A stretch of DNA of 64,000 nucleotides. Source: Macrostomum lignano (Eukaryota). Shown here in pieces: positions 1 to 15,215 of this stretch; position 1 is the first letter of the stretch, and every line of letters begins with the position of its first letter. The stretch spans positions 62,001 to 126,000 of the forward strand of contig NIVC01000702.1 of the NCBI GenBank assembly GCA_002269645.1, given 5' to 3'. The notes beneath the pieces were generated by a model. That model made no database searches. It was given only the letters and a program-made list of their open reading frames with translations, and was not told where the DNA came from. The position numbers and the translations under genes are program-made.

Positions 1-303
1 GGCGCGTGGCTCATTGTGTGCCTTTTCTTTGGTCGCTTGCTTTTTCTTACCTTTTAGGGTTTTTCTCTTCTCTAAGTTAGAATTTTTTCTTCTTTTCTCA
101 TCTGCCATCTCTCTCTCTCTCTCTGTGCATATATTGTGCAAAGATACAGGTCATGCACAGCCGTATACATTTCGTGTATATAGCTATTACAGTTATAGTT
201 TTATGCATCAACCGTAGCATAAAAACCCAAAGTGAAACAGAAAATTTGCACCATTTAACAATTGCTTTGTGATTTATATTGAATTAATCTTCTCCAAAAA
301 CCT

Positions 304-4159
<3,856 letters not shown>

Positions 4160-4557
4160 AGTGCGAGCGGGAGTTCAATTAAAAATTCTATATTTTAATC
4201 TGCAGCAGCTATTTACCCCTCGGGTATAGTTCTAATTTCATAAAAGATTATTCAACTATTTTTGCCAATTGTTTGTTTTTTTGGATCAGCTGTTCAAAGG
4301 ATTGAAAATTCTGCCGTTACTACTACGCGATTCAGTATTGATTGTGAGACCATAATTCGAAACAGCAGCCAACTTACTCGTTGCAAAATGTTTAATTTCC
4401 TTAGCATTGCATGTGTGTGCAGCTGCTGCGATGTGTATTTGGTAGTTTTTGCTCAAATTTTCTGTATAAATCATAAATATTCAACTGTATGATCTACACG
4501 ATAATTATATCATTTTGTTATTATTCAACTTTTTATAGACTTTGCTTTCTTTTTGAA

Positions 4558-4825
4558 GGGGTTGTAGCCTAGTGGTTAGAGCGTCGGACTTCGACTCTGA
4601 ACAATCTGTGTCCTTGAGCAAGACTCTGCATTGCTTGAGTTCACTCAGCCGTAAAATGGGTGCCAGCATTAGCTGGGGTAATTTAGGGTGTGTGGCGACC
4701 CCCCAGTCCTTGGACTGAACAGCCGTACGCAGCCTTCAGATGCGCCGCGCAATAGCTGCGGCTGAGCTGTCGGTTGCACATCTGGCCCAATCGTTGCAGG
4801 TGTAACCAATTATTATTTTATTTTT
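4558..4825 (+). mobile_element. tRNA(Arg-TCG-like)-derived SINE, family 1, B-box missing
   Basis: Head GGGGTTGTAGCCTAGTGGTTAGAGCGTCGGACTTCGA has an A-box and anticodon arm. It runs into GTGTCCTTGAGCAAGAC...GTAAAATGGGTGCC, which resembles CORE-type SINE central domains, and ends in a TTA-rich tail. Confidence 0.7.
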
Positions 4826-5322
4826 GAGCAGCTAATTCTACAACAAATATAAAACAGATGCAGGGATAATGATCTGAATAAACAGTATTCCTGCAGCATT
4901 CGCAATCGGAATAACACCTAAACCTGCTCACCTGCTACTTTTGATGCTCTGTTACAGTTCCTGAGTACCTGAAACTCCGAGAAGCAGCTGCTGTTCGTGA
5001 GCTTCAACTAAATCCAAGCACTTCTTTGGGTGCAACTTAAGCACCTCCAAAGATTAGAAATGACAAAACACCTGCGGCTCAAATATCCATGCACTTTCAA
5101 AGAGTATTCAATGGAACAAAAAAGTGGGAAAAACTGCGCAAAAAACTGGAAAAGACTCAAATTAGCTGAAAAAGACTTCAGTATTCGTTCTCTAACAAAC
5201 TGTACAGGCACTGCAATGTCCACGCATTTATTGTTTGCTTAATACAGTACAGATTCTGTGCAAGACTGTGCATTATATGAAACAATAACTAAAGATTTCT
5301 AAACTTTGCTGCCCCAACGACT

Positions 5323-7825
5323 CTACTGATGATGAAATCCGTTGTCGACCCGGCCGTTCTCTCGAACCGGCAGCGTGCTTCTGCTGCTCCGGTCCCTATC
5401 GTCCGTAATCTCGGTGATGTCGCACTCGGACAGGCCGCTGTCACCCTCTTCATAATGGCGCATCATCGGCCCCAGGATTCTGGCCGCGCACAGGTTGCCG
5501 CACTTCTCAGCCACCATCTGCAGGATGAAGACACCGTCGAGTCGCAGATGGTCGCGCATGAAAGCCCGCATGCCAGAAGTGTCAACCGCCGGTCCCAGTC
5601 CGGAGTGAGGACTCTCCAGTCTGACCAGAGAGCGCATAAATTTCAGTCTTTGAGCTGGCGGCGCAATGCTGGCGATCCAAAAGACGCAGTACACAACCTG
5701 AAGAGCCATGCACAGCACGATCCAGAACCACAGGAATATGTAGATCTTCTCATTCAGCATGTTCATGGGCAGGACGCACTGCACCGACCGGGTGTTCCAC
5801 TGCCCGACCTGCTTGATTGGAATGTCGCAGAAGGTCACCCGAGGGAAAATGCCCGTCTGCTGCCAATATCGTTCGTTCAACAAGTGGCTGACTGACGACC
5901 AGCCGAAATGTAAGTCCTGGTAGCCCAGGTAAGTCTTCATCAGGTATAGCTGGCCCAGGCCATTCAGCACGTAGACAAATTTGTTCACAATGTAGGAGAC
6001 GAACAACCAGCAGGCGCAACCGTTGCTTCCGCAGCAAGGCAATCGGGAACCAGTCACTGTGCCAGCAATTGCTATGCTCTTCCGCAGCTGCTTGGCCAGG
6101 TATTCGGCCATTTTCCGCCGCTTCCTCTTCGGTTTCCCGGTGCTCGCCAGCTCGCTGGCCAGCTTCACAATGCGATGCGGCTCTCCGCCGCTGCGCGCCG
6201 AGGTCACCCGCCAGAGCAGGTGCGGCAGGAACACCAGGAGTGCTTGAATCGACAGCAGGAATGGAACCCACTGGAAGTAGCCTGGAGATGTGGTTTTGTT
6301 GGGAAAGTGGAGAGTGGAATTATAATAGAACGCTTCTTTTTTGCTTCTGACTGCGGGCGGGAGGAGGGGAGAGAGGAGAGGGAATAGAGAAGGAAGAAGG
6401 GAGATAGGAGAACTAGGAGAGGCGAGGGGATAAAGGAAAAAGAAAGGAGACGAAAGGTGAGGAGAGAGATGAGAGGAGAGGAGAGGAGAGGAGAGAGGAA
6501 AGGAGAGGAGAGAGATGAAAAAAGAGGAGAGAAGAGAAGAAAGGAGAGTGGACAGAGGAGAGATGAAAGAAGAGAGGAGAGAAGAGAGGAGAGAAGAGAG
6601 GAGAGAAGAGAGGAGAAAAGAGAGGAGAGAAGAGAGGAGAGAAGAGAGAAGAAGAGAGTAGAGAAGAGAGAAGAGAGGAGAGAAGAGAGAAGAATAGAGG
6701 AGAGAAGAGAGGAAAGAAGAGAGGAGAGAAGAAAGGAGAGTGGACAGAGGAGAGATGAAAGAAGAGAGGAGAGAAGAGAGGAGAGAAGAGAGGAGAGAAG
6801 AGAGGAGAGAAGAGAGGAGAGAAGAGAGGAGAGAAGAGAGGAGAGAAGAGAGGAGAGAAGAGAGGAGAAAAGAGAGGAGAGAAGAGAGAAGAATAGAGGA
6901 GAGAAGAGAGGAAAGAAGAGAGGAGAGAAGAGAGGAGAGAAGAGAGGAGAGAAGAGAGAAGAAGAGAGGAGAGAAGAGAGGAGGGAAGAGAGGAGAGCGC
7001 TGAGAAGAGATTTAAACATTGAGCGGGCCGGGTTGCTATTGTGAAGTTGCAAAGGACCCAAGGGCCGGATAGAGAGGTTTTGCGGGCCTCATGTGGCCCC
7101 TCGGGCCGGAAAACTAGACAACCAAGTGGCAATGCTGGTATATATTTTTCCGGAGAGTTTGATACTACTGTATATGGGCAATATGAGTTGTCTGATTTAA
7201 GTAGCAACACAAATAATGGCTATGCAAGAATTTTAGTTTCGAGTTGTTCTTCCAAATATTCCAATAACCATCTCCATAAGGAGGGCTATGGTTATTGGAT
7301 ATCTGTCAAAAGTTAGGTTTCTTAAGAATTCTTTAGAATTAAATAACACCCATCCAACCTAGAAGAAAAACCTACTCGCTCAGAAGATTAAAAACGCATA
7401 GTCTATGGTTCAAATCGGGTGAAAACAAACGCATGTAGCCTCCTGTCGCAAGTGACAGGGTGTGGACTATGAGCTGTCTGTGAAATATATGACTATTCAG
7501 ATCCAAAAAACATCCAGGATGACTCACTGATCTCCGCCTCCTCTCTAGCCTGCAGTCCGGGAAATCCGGGCTCCCTAAATGCCAGATTGTAAGTGTTTTG
7601 AATCCAGCAGTAGTTCTCTGCGTACTCCTCCCACGGTCGGGGCCACTCGGCCGGCACCCAGCACTGGATGGGCTTGAATATGTACTGCCGCATCGCCAGC
7701 ACAGTGGCCGTGAGCATCAGACCGAGCGACGTGTACTTCGACATGAGCTGGTCGGCGAAATCTTCAGCATAGACGCCGTGCGAATCGGCAATGAGTGACA
7801 GCTGGTTGATGGCGTTCTCGTTCAT
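5323..7825 (-). CDS. inx: Innexin B, 2 exons, ~418 aa
   Basis: Exons 7825-7528 (MNENAIN...AEI; A|GTGAGT) and 6281-5323 (after TCTCCAG; SYFQWVPF...FPRVTFCD...QCVLPMNMLNEKIYIFLWFW). The phase-1 intron is at the same position as innexin A intron 2. Confidence 0.93.
6360..7008 (+). repeat. GA-rich repeat (AGAGGAGAGAAG)n in innexin B intron
   Basis: Degenerate 12-mer purine tract. Confidence 0.9.
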
Positions 7826-8951
7826 GACCGAATTTTGCTGTCACCGCCGGCTTTGGATGATCTAAATTGAGTGCTCAAGGTCTTAGCGTCGCGTGATGCT
7901 TCTTCTTTGCCAAACTTGAAAAAGCCCATATATGCTTAGCACGCACGGCAACTCCAAGTCTCGAGCATGAAAAGACGAAAATGAAATGAAATTTAGGAGA
8001 AAAAAGCGTAGCATTGTGCGCCGTTCAGGTATAGTATGGCTTGTGCAAACTCTGGCATCTAATAAAGCAAGCACAATGGACTCAGAGCAGACCACGAATG
8101 CTCTACCGAACAAACTGTACAGCCGAAAAATTTTTCAATGCGTCCTGAAGAAAATGTGCTAAATTAAAATTCTATAGAAAGCTACTTGTAGTAAGTAGTA
8201 GCGTATGCTTTTTAAAAGCTTTTTTGAGGCGGAGTATCAAGGTATTAGCCGCTGCCAATGCTAATGACGCTACTTAAGTACTTTGTCTGTTTTTTCGAGT
8301 TTACTTTACAAGAAATTATGTACTGTGTAGTCAATGAATGTAGAAGTTTTCGAATTGGCTCTGTGCTTTTGTCTGTGGCCGAAACCTTCAGGTTTGACTT
8401 TCGTATCAGGTCGGATCAACTTTCAGCTGAGAAATATTTAAAGTGTTTAGTGTTTTTCAAAAACTATAATACCTCTAAAACGTTTAATCAAATTAGCTAC
8501 ATTTTTATACGGGAATCTTTGCCATTTATGGAACCCCGTTGTTTACCAGTTCGAATCTTAAGTACATGCGCAGACATTCAATAAGGCATCGTTATCGCTT
8601 TAATCGACAAGAAGGTGGCAGGTGGCAAGCTAAAGCTACTGGGTGTACTCTACATGCACTTCGTTCACCTTCTTACCCCGTCCCCACCACAACTCTAGAG
8701 GGCGCAGGGGGTAAAGAGTTTGCAGACAAGGCCCCAAAGAACGCAGCTGGCACTGACTAATAGCGAGCTGACATGGTCTAAAGGTGTTTTGAAATCGTTT
8801 TTTCACGGTCTGACTAAGCGTTGTGCAATCCGTTTTGCTCGACGCAAAAACTATAAATACAAGAAACTCTGTGGTAAAATTCTGTCAATTTGGCGGAGTC
8901 TGCATCGGTATAAAATTTTATAAAATAATTTTTGGCAGAAGAAGAGCTACC

Positions 8952-10475
8952 ATGCAAATTCTAGGCCTGATTGAAGTGCCAAACTGGCTGGTGTACACCA
9001 CTCTGGGCACCGTAGCCTTCTACATCTACGGCATGTGGCCCTACAGCTACTGGAAGAAGCGCGGCATCAATGGCCCGAGAATGCTGCCACTGATTGGCGA
9101 CCTGCCCTCATTTATGCGACTGGGCTTTCACGGCAAAATGGTCGAGGACTTCAAGTTGTACGGCAAAGTGCACGGCACCTACACGTTGAGAAGTCCGGTG
9201 CTAGTTATCGGCGACACCGAGATGATCAAACAGGTGTGCATCAAGCGAGCCGAGAACTTCACGGACCGAGGCTCCCTAGGCAACGAGACGAAACCGCTGG
9301 ACAAAGGAATCGCGGTGCTCAAGGGCCACGAGTGGAAGCGCATTCGAAGTATCTTGTCGCCAACTTTCAGCTCGGGCAAGATCAAAGCGATGTTCCCCCT
9401 AGTTGAGCAGTGCTCAGACCAGCTTTGCAACGCTCTTGTAAAGTCCTCCAACGAAAGTGTCGACATCAAGACTTTCTTCACCAACTTCACTATGGATGTG
9501 GTGGCAAGCACACTGTTTGGTCTCCAGATCAACACCCAGGATGATCCAAACAACGACTTCAAGCGACACGGTTCCGAGTTGTTTAACATCAAGCTGTTCA
9601 GCTGGAAATTCCTGTCCCTCATGCTTTTTCCTAAAATAGCAATCCCACTGTTCAAAAGGTTCGAAATCACTCTGTTTCCAAAGGAGAGCTTCGACTTCTT
9701 CCAGAAGGTCATCCACGACGCCCTTGTTGAGCGCGAGGCCTCGGCCGATTCCGACAAGTACCACGACTTTCTCGCCTCGATGGTCGTCGCACGTCGGGAA
9801 GCCGAGAAAGAGGGGGCCAAGGGCTTGACAGAGCACGAAGTCATGGCCCAATCGCTCACCTTCTTCCTTGCCGGCTTTGAGACCACAGCCAACGCAATGC
9901 AGTACCTGGCGTACTTTCTGGCCTGGAACAAGGACTGCCAGGACCGAGCCTACCGAGAGGTGTTGGAGGCCAAAGCCAACCATGGCGGCCAAGTCAACTA
10001 CGAGTGTCTGAAGAGTCTCCGCTACTTGAACAACTGCTTTGAGGAGTCCATGCGGCTGTGTCCACCGGCCTTGCTCACAGACAGAGTCTGCACCGAGACC
10101 ACCACGGTGAACGGCTACGAGATCGAGAAGGGCATCAACGTGCGCATCCCGATCTACTGCCTGGCGCACGATCCGGAGGTCTGGGAGGAGCCGGAGCGAT
10201 TCAATCCGGACCGGTTCGACGAGGACTCCGCGGAGAGCCGCGACCCGACCTACCTGATCCCGTTTGGCCTGGGGCCGAGGAACTGCATCGGCATGCGACT
10301 GGCCCAGATGGAGGTGCGGAAAGCCATGGCCGAGATGCTGCTCAAGGTGGAGTTCCAAACTCTGCCGGAGACTTTGCCGTTCGAGAAGCTCGAGTTCAAG
10401 CCTAGCGGATTCTTGACGGTAAAGAGCCCCATAAAGTTGAAGGTGGTGCCACGATCGAGCGAGTCCAGCGACTGA
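8952..10475 (+). CDS. Cytochrome P450, CYP3-clan-like, intronless, 507 aa
   Basis: ATG at 8952 in a CTACCATG context. N-terminal membrane anchor, I-helix AGFETT, K-helix EESMR, PERF, heme motif PFGLGPRNCIG. Confidence 0.95.
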   Translation: MQILGLIEVPNWLVYTTLGTVAFYIYGMWPYSYWKKRGINGPRMLPLIGDLPSFMRLGFHGKMVEDFKLYGKVHGTYTLRSPVLVIGDTEMIKQVCIKRAENFTDRGSLGNETKPLDKGIAVLKGHEWKRIRSILSPTFSSGKIKAMFPLVEQCSDQLCNALVKSSNESVDIKTFFTNFTMDVVASTLFGLQINTQDDPNNDFKRHGSELFNIKLFSWKFLSLMLFPKIAIPLFKRFEITLFPKESFDFFQKVIHDALVEREASADSDKYHDFLASMVVARREAEKEGAKGLTEHEVMAQSLTFFLAGFETTANAMQYLAYFLAWNKDCQDRAYREVLEAKANHGGQVNYECLKSLRYLNNCFEESMRLCPPALLTDRVCTETTTVNGYEIEKGINVRIPIYCLAHDPEVWEEPERFNPDRFDEDSAESRDPTYLIPFGLGPRNCIGMRLAQMEVRKAMAEMLLKVEFQTLPETLPFEKLEFKPSGFLTVKSPIKLKVVPRSSESSD

Positions 10476-11103
10476 ACAGTGACCGAGGCTTGTTAAATTG
10501 AGCAACTTTTTCAAGACATGTACTCCTATTGATTCAGAGAGACTTAATAATCTTTGTTTCATTTTCATGTATCATAGATATTTTTCAATTAGGAAACTTG
10601 CGATACGAGAAATTCAGCTTTGAGCGATACGAGCGATGTCAATTGAAATAGCTAAGCCTAACTGTAACACTCGCGAGCACACACGTTACTTTTATCGTAC
10701 CTTACATCTCGAGTTGAAATATACAATACTTAATATTCTCTTCAATCATCATTCTAATAAAGTAATTAATCAATCCTGATATGAAGCTTTTTAGCAAAAA
10801 TTTTAAAAATTCTGCCATCTCAAATGTTTGAAGATAACCGATGGAAAAGCCCAAGAGTTTAATAGTTTATTTTGTCAATTGAAAGCAGCCGGCATCGATA
10901 GTTGCAGCAAAACAATTTAGTAAAGAAATACGGCATACGAATAATAATTAGACAGAGTTAATAATAACGTAACATTTTCGAAGATAAAGTAAGCCAGAGA
11001 ATAAGGCAATAATGCAGTGGATACTTCGAGAATGTGCTAAAAAATTCAGTATGGAATACAAATAAATGAAGACAGCAGAAGCTCGAGGGGGGGGGTAATT
11101 TTC

Positions 11104-12744
11104 TCAGTGGCTGGTGATCTTCATCGATACGGTCTTTGTTCGGGTCTTGCTCACATAGGCCGGGTAGAACGGATTCCAGCACCAGTCGTTGAGGTTCCAC
11201 AGAACCCGGCGGTCCTGGTGATCCTCGGCGAGTAGCAGCTCGAGCTTCTTTGAGCAGACCGGGTCTCTGCTGATGGTCGACACGCTCTCGAATTGGAAGT
11301 ACAGAGCGATGATCCTGCGCAAGTTGCTGTAGGCATTGTTGGCTGGGGAAGCTGGCGTCATCAGGCTGCTCATGTAGTCAGCTTGCGGTATCGACTCGCC
11401 CTGGACCAAAATCTCCTGAGTCTTTGCGTACAGCATTGAGAGCAGATCGGCTGTGAAGCCGCGATACACATTGTCTGTGTATTCAGAGTTGACATGTCTG
11501 AGCATTCTCTGGAACCAGGAATTGCTGGACCAAAAGTTGGCTTTCTCGTCCATCCAGGTAGCTCGACTGGATCCGGGAGTCGTGCCAGTTGTCCGGCTGT
11601 TGGAAGAAGACGAGTCCAATGTAGTTCGAGCGTCGTCCCAGGGTAAAATAGGAAAAATCAGCGACAAGAAAACGTAGAATGCCGACTCGATGTCGTGAAC
11701 AAAATGTACTTCGCGACGTCGAATAGCAGACAGACAGGCGCAACGGTCGCTGTAGGGCCCGGCTGAACGGTGCTGCGTTGGCGCAACCATCGCGCAGTCA
11801 TAACGGCTGATGTACAGCACCTTGGAAGCCTCCCGAACGCCGAAGTGAAGAAACTTGACGTCCAAATTACCGAGAATGACGCCGTACTTGTGCAGCACCA
11901 TCAGACGGCAGAGCAGCTGATCGAGGATTTTCAATGCCGAAGAAAGGCTCATGATGCTCCGCTGGGAACGAAGCAACTCCAGCAGGTATTGCAGATTCGG
12001 CCCGAGCTTCTCCAAGGAAAGGTAGCTGAGAGACGAGCTGACTCGCTCAGTGGTGCCAGGAACCTCCAGTTTGGTCATGTTGATCTCCTCTCCGTGAATG
12101 CCCCGGTGCCAAACGCTATTGTGATTGACGAATTCGTACTCGGGGAAGCCGGACACGTTCACAAACTCAAACGGCATGGGAATTCCGACTAAAAGGTCGG
12201 CGGGACTGGCGTTGGCCACGAGCTCGAGTCGGAACGTCTCCCAGATGTGGCGCAGAATGGCGTATTCGCGTAACAGACGCAGCTCGGGACGAAGAACCCA
12301 GCGCTGTTGCGGCACGGCCTCAACCAGGACAGTCAGCCGGTAGCAGAACTCAGTGGACCTGGTCTCCATCAACACCGGGTTGGGTTTTGCCCGACTCTTC
12401 GTGTACCGCTCAATCAAGCGCTCAAAAATTGAATGATAGACCAGCTCCTCCTTCATAATGCTCGCAGTTTGAACGTTAGCAAAAGCTTCGAATGCAAGCG
12501 TATCGTCTCGAGGCAGTCTGGTGAATAGGTAACAATGAACGGTGCCAGGGTTTTCAAGGTCACGGCCGTACTTTTCAGTGAACTGGTCGGACTGTGAGAT
12601 CTGACTCCAGACGGTGCGGCCCAGGTCCTCGAGTCTCTGCAAGGAGTCTCCGCTAGAGGACGACGGGTCCGACTCCGACAGAGGCGTCAGTGAGGTCGTG
12701 TTATCCTCTGAAGACTCCGACGAATCCATGATGTCTAAAATCAT
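11104..12744 (-). CDS. Casein kinase 1-like probable pseudokinase, intronless, ~546 aa
   Basis: First ATG at 12744. CK1-like segments LEKLGPNL, ALKILDQLLCRLMVLH, HDIESAFYVF, YSNLRRI and LNDW. HRD aligns to LGN and DFG aligns to RYD. Confidence 0.75.
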   Translation of the reverse strand: MILDIMDSSESSEDNTTSLTPLSESDPSSSSGDSLQRLEDLGRTVWSQISQSDQFTEKYGRDLENPGTVHCYLFTRLPRDDTLAFEAFANVQTASIMKEELVYHSIFERLIERYTKSRAKPNPVLMETRSTEFCYRLTVLVEAVPQQRWVLRPELRLLREYAILRHIWETFRLELVANASPADLLVGIPMPFEFVNVSGFPEYEFVNHNSVWHRGIHGEEINMTKLEVPGTTERVSSSLSYLSLEKLGPNLQYLLELLRSQRSIMSLSSALKILDQLLCRLMVLHKYGVILGNLDVKFLHFGVREASKVLYISRYDCAMVAPTQHRSAGPYSDRCACLSAIRRREVHFVHDIESAFYVFLSLIFPILPWDDARTTLDSSSSNSRTTGTTPGSSRATWMDEKANFWSSNSWFQRMLRHVNSEYTDNVYRGFTADLLSMLYAKTQEILVQGESIPQADYMSSLMTPASPANNAYSNLRRIIALYFQFESVSTISRDPVCSKKLELLLAEDHQDRRVLWNLNDWCWNPFYPAYVSKTRTKTVSMKITSH

Positions 12745-13315
12745 TCGAGCGCTTGACGGAATTGAGGAGGGGGTACGCAAAACCAACTATTACCGGGACA
12801 AAACTGCTTCTCTCTGAGCTAAAAGACCAAATATAAATTAATGAACCTGTCAATAAGTGATGCGAAGTGCTCGGAGGAAATATTTAGTCTATGGCCAACA
12901 GTGATAACAATTGCTAGTCTGGGGAAGAAAATGTCTAAGCGAACGACCCTCCCTATACTGCTAGCTGTTATTGGGTAAATTTGAATAGTCTCGGGACTTC
13001 TTCAAGTCTAGTTGGTTAAAATTTTTCCGATACTCGTAAATAGATTTTTTCTGAAACTTTCACTTATCCTCTGACTACAAAAAGCAGATATACCTTCAGT
13101 GGTGATGCGACCTCAACCCCCTTAATCCGCTATATTGTCATTGAGAACTCGGTACAGTTAGTTTCCGTTTCCACCGAACCCCCGCCCCATTACCCGTGCC
13201 CCGGTGGATGGCTTTACGCTACATATAGTTGGGTTGGAGGTAACGTAAAGGAGGCTTAAATGATGTTCCTATCAAAACGGAAACTAAATCTATGAGTATC
13301 AACGTAAACTTGAAG

Positions 13316-13511
13316 CAAGGAGTTCTATAATTAGCAACCTGGAGTGGAACGAGTTTTTAAGTTTATCTCATGAGGCCAGACTAGTATAGACAGAGCCAAA
13401 CAGAGCCATAGACATTCAGTACTGGCTCCTTATCTCAACAATTGGCGTGGCCTCATGAGGAAAAACTCGTTTCCACTCCAGATTGCTACACTGTACTTAT
13501 AGAACTCCTTG
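13316..13511. mobile_element. hAT-like MITE with 8-bp TSD
   Basis: TIRs CAAGGAGTTCTATAA / TTATAGAACTCCTTG plus extended internal inverted arms. ACTTGAAG flanks both sides (13308-13315, 13512-13519). Confidence 0.8.
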
Positions 13512-14273
13512 ACTTGAAGAAGTCCGCATCCCGTCCCCACAGTAAGCAGAAATTTTGTCTATGGTCCTACTTAACTATAACTGCCCAACCTGGTGACTAG
13601 AGTCGAGCACTGATTAATATATTCAAAGATGCAGATTTTTTAGTTTGTTATCTTGTACTTTGCGCGGTTAAAACCTTTTGTCTCAATAGACTAGCAATCC
13701 CAGGAAGTTCCTACATCATCTTTGATTCTTTTAAACACTTCAGGCGCGTTAACCATGGTCTAGTTACCATTGCTCAAGTAATATTTGGAACTAATGTTGA
13801 TAAATCAATAAAGTACCACCAAAATAACAACTGTCAATTTTAATATTTAATAATTGCAACTCTGACCATATACAGCGCGTGTGTGCTGGATACTGTAGTA
13901 TAAGAAGTATATTTATTTGCAGAATTGAACCGTTGGATAAAAAAATAGGAAACTTCTGCTGAATAATAAAACATCGATTAAGACTGCAATGGGAATTGTA
14001 GTTAACTCCGCACGGGACTGTTGGCTCCAGTTCATGATGTACTGTCTGATTAAGACACTGTATAAATAAAAATAAATTTTCATAGGAAATACGGTTAAGA
14101 CGCATATTGGAAGGGATACGCAAGCTGGATATTTTTCAACTGACCGGGTGAGAAAATAATTAGGTAAATTAGCCGAAAAGAGCATTGTGCCACCTGCTGC
14201 GACTATTACCGTTTAATAAGGTCAACACAAGTACATACTCTGCCCAGTAGGGACTGAAATACCTGCCTACCTG

Positions 14274-14774
<501 letters not shown>

Positions 14775-15215
14775 GATAGATATCTTTCTCGCTATCTACC
14801 ATCTATTGCCAGGACCTGCACCGGAGCGGTTACGAAAATTAGATTTCTCGGTAGTTGCTCGCACTCTTTTGCACTACTTGAGTAGTCTGATTTTCGTTCG
14901 GCATGGCTGGTTCCAGCAGGTAGTTCCTCTGGATAAAAGCGCTTACCGCGCCCATTGGCTTTCCAGCTGCCTTAATCGTTTCCGGTGATCTTGTGTGCGT
15001 GCATTCAGCTTGATTGGCTGCGGCAAGTAAGCTCGAAAGAGCTCGCTTCGCTCGCTCTTTCTCGCTATCTACTATCTATCTATCTATCTATCTATCCATC
15101 TATTCTATCTATCTATCTAGGATTCACATTAAGCTAGCAACAGGAAGACGGAAAGTCCCTGAAGAACTAAGTCTCATACACCCGCATACAGCATGAGCAG
15201 TCTCAGGAGCCGGGA

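Noticed and set aside
4558-4610. Functional tRNA-Arg gene, and tRNA-like heads at 27500 and 20225
   Set aside because: No complete T-arm or acceptor stem, and each continues into a SINE body.
9179-10568. Long antisense ORFs over the P450, innexins and pol
   Set aside because: They are shadows of GC-rich codon usage with no motifs.
13158-13287. 13-bp inverted repeat TTAGTTTCCGTTT / AAACGGAAACTAA
   Set aside because: No TSD or internal symmetry, so too weak to call an element.
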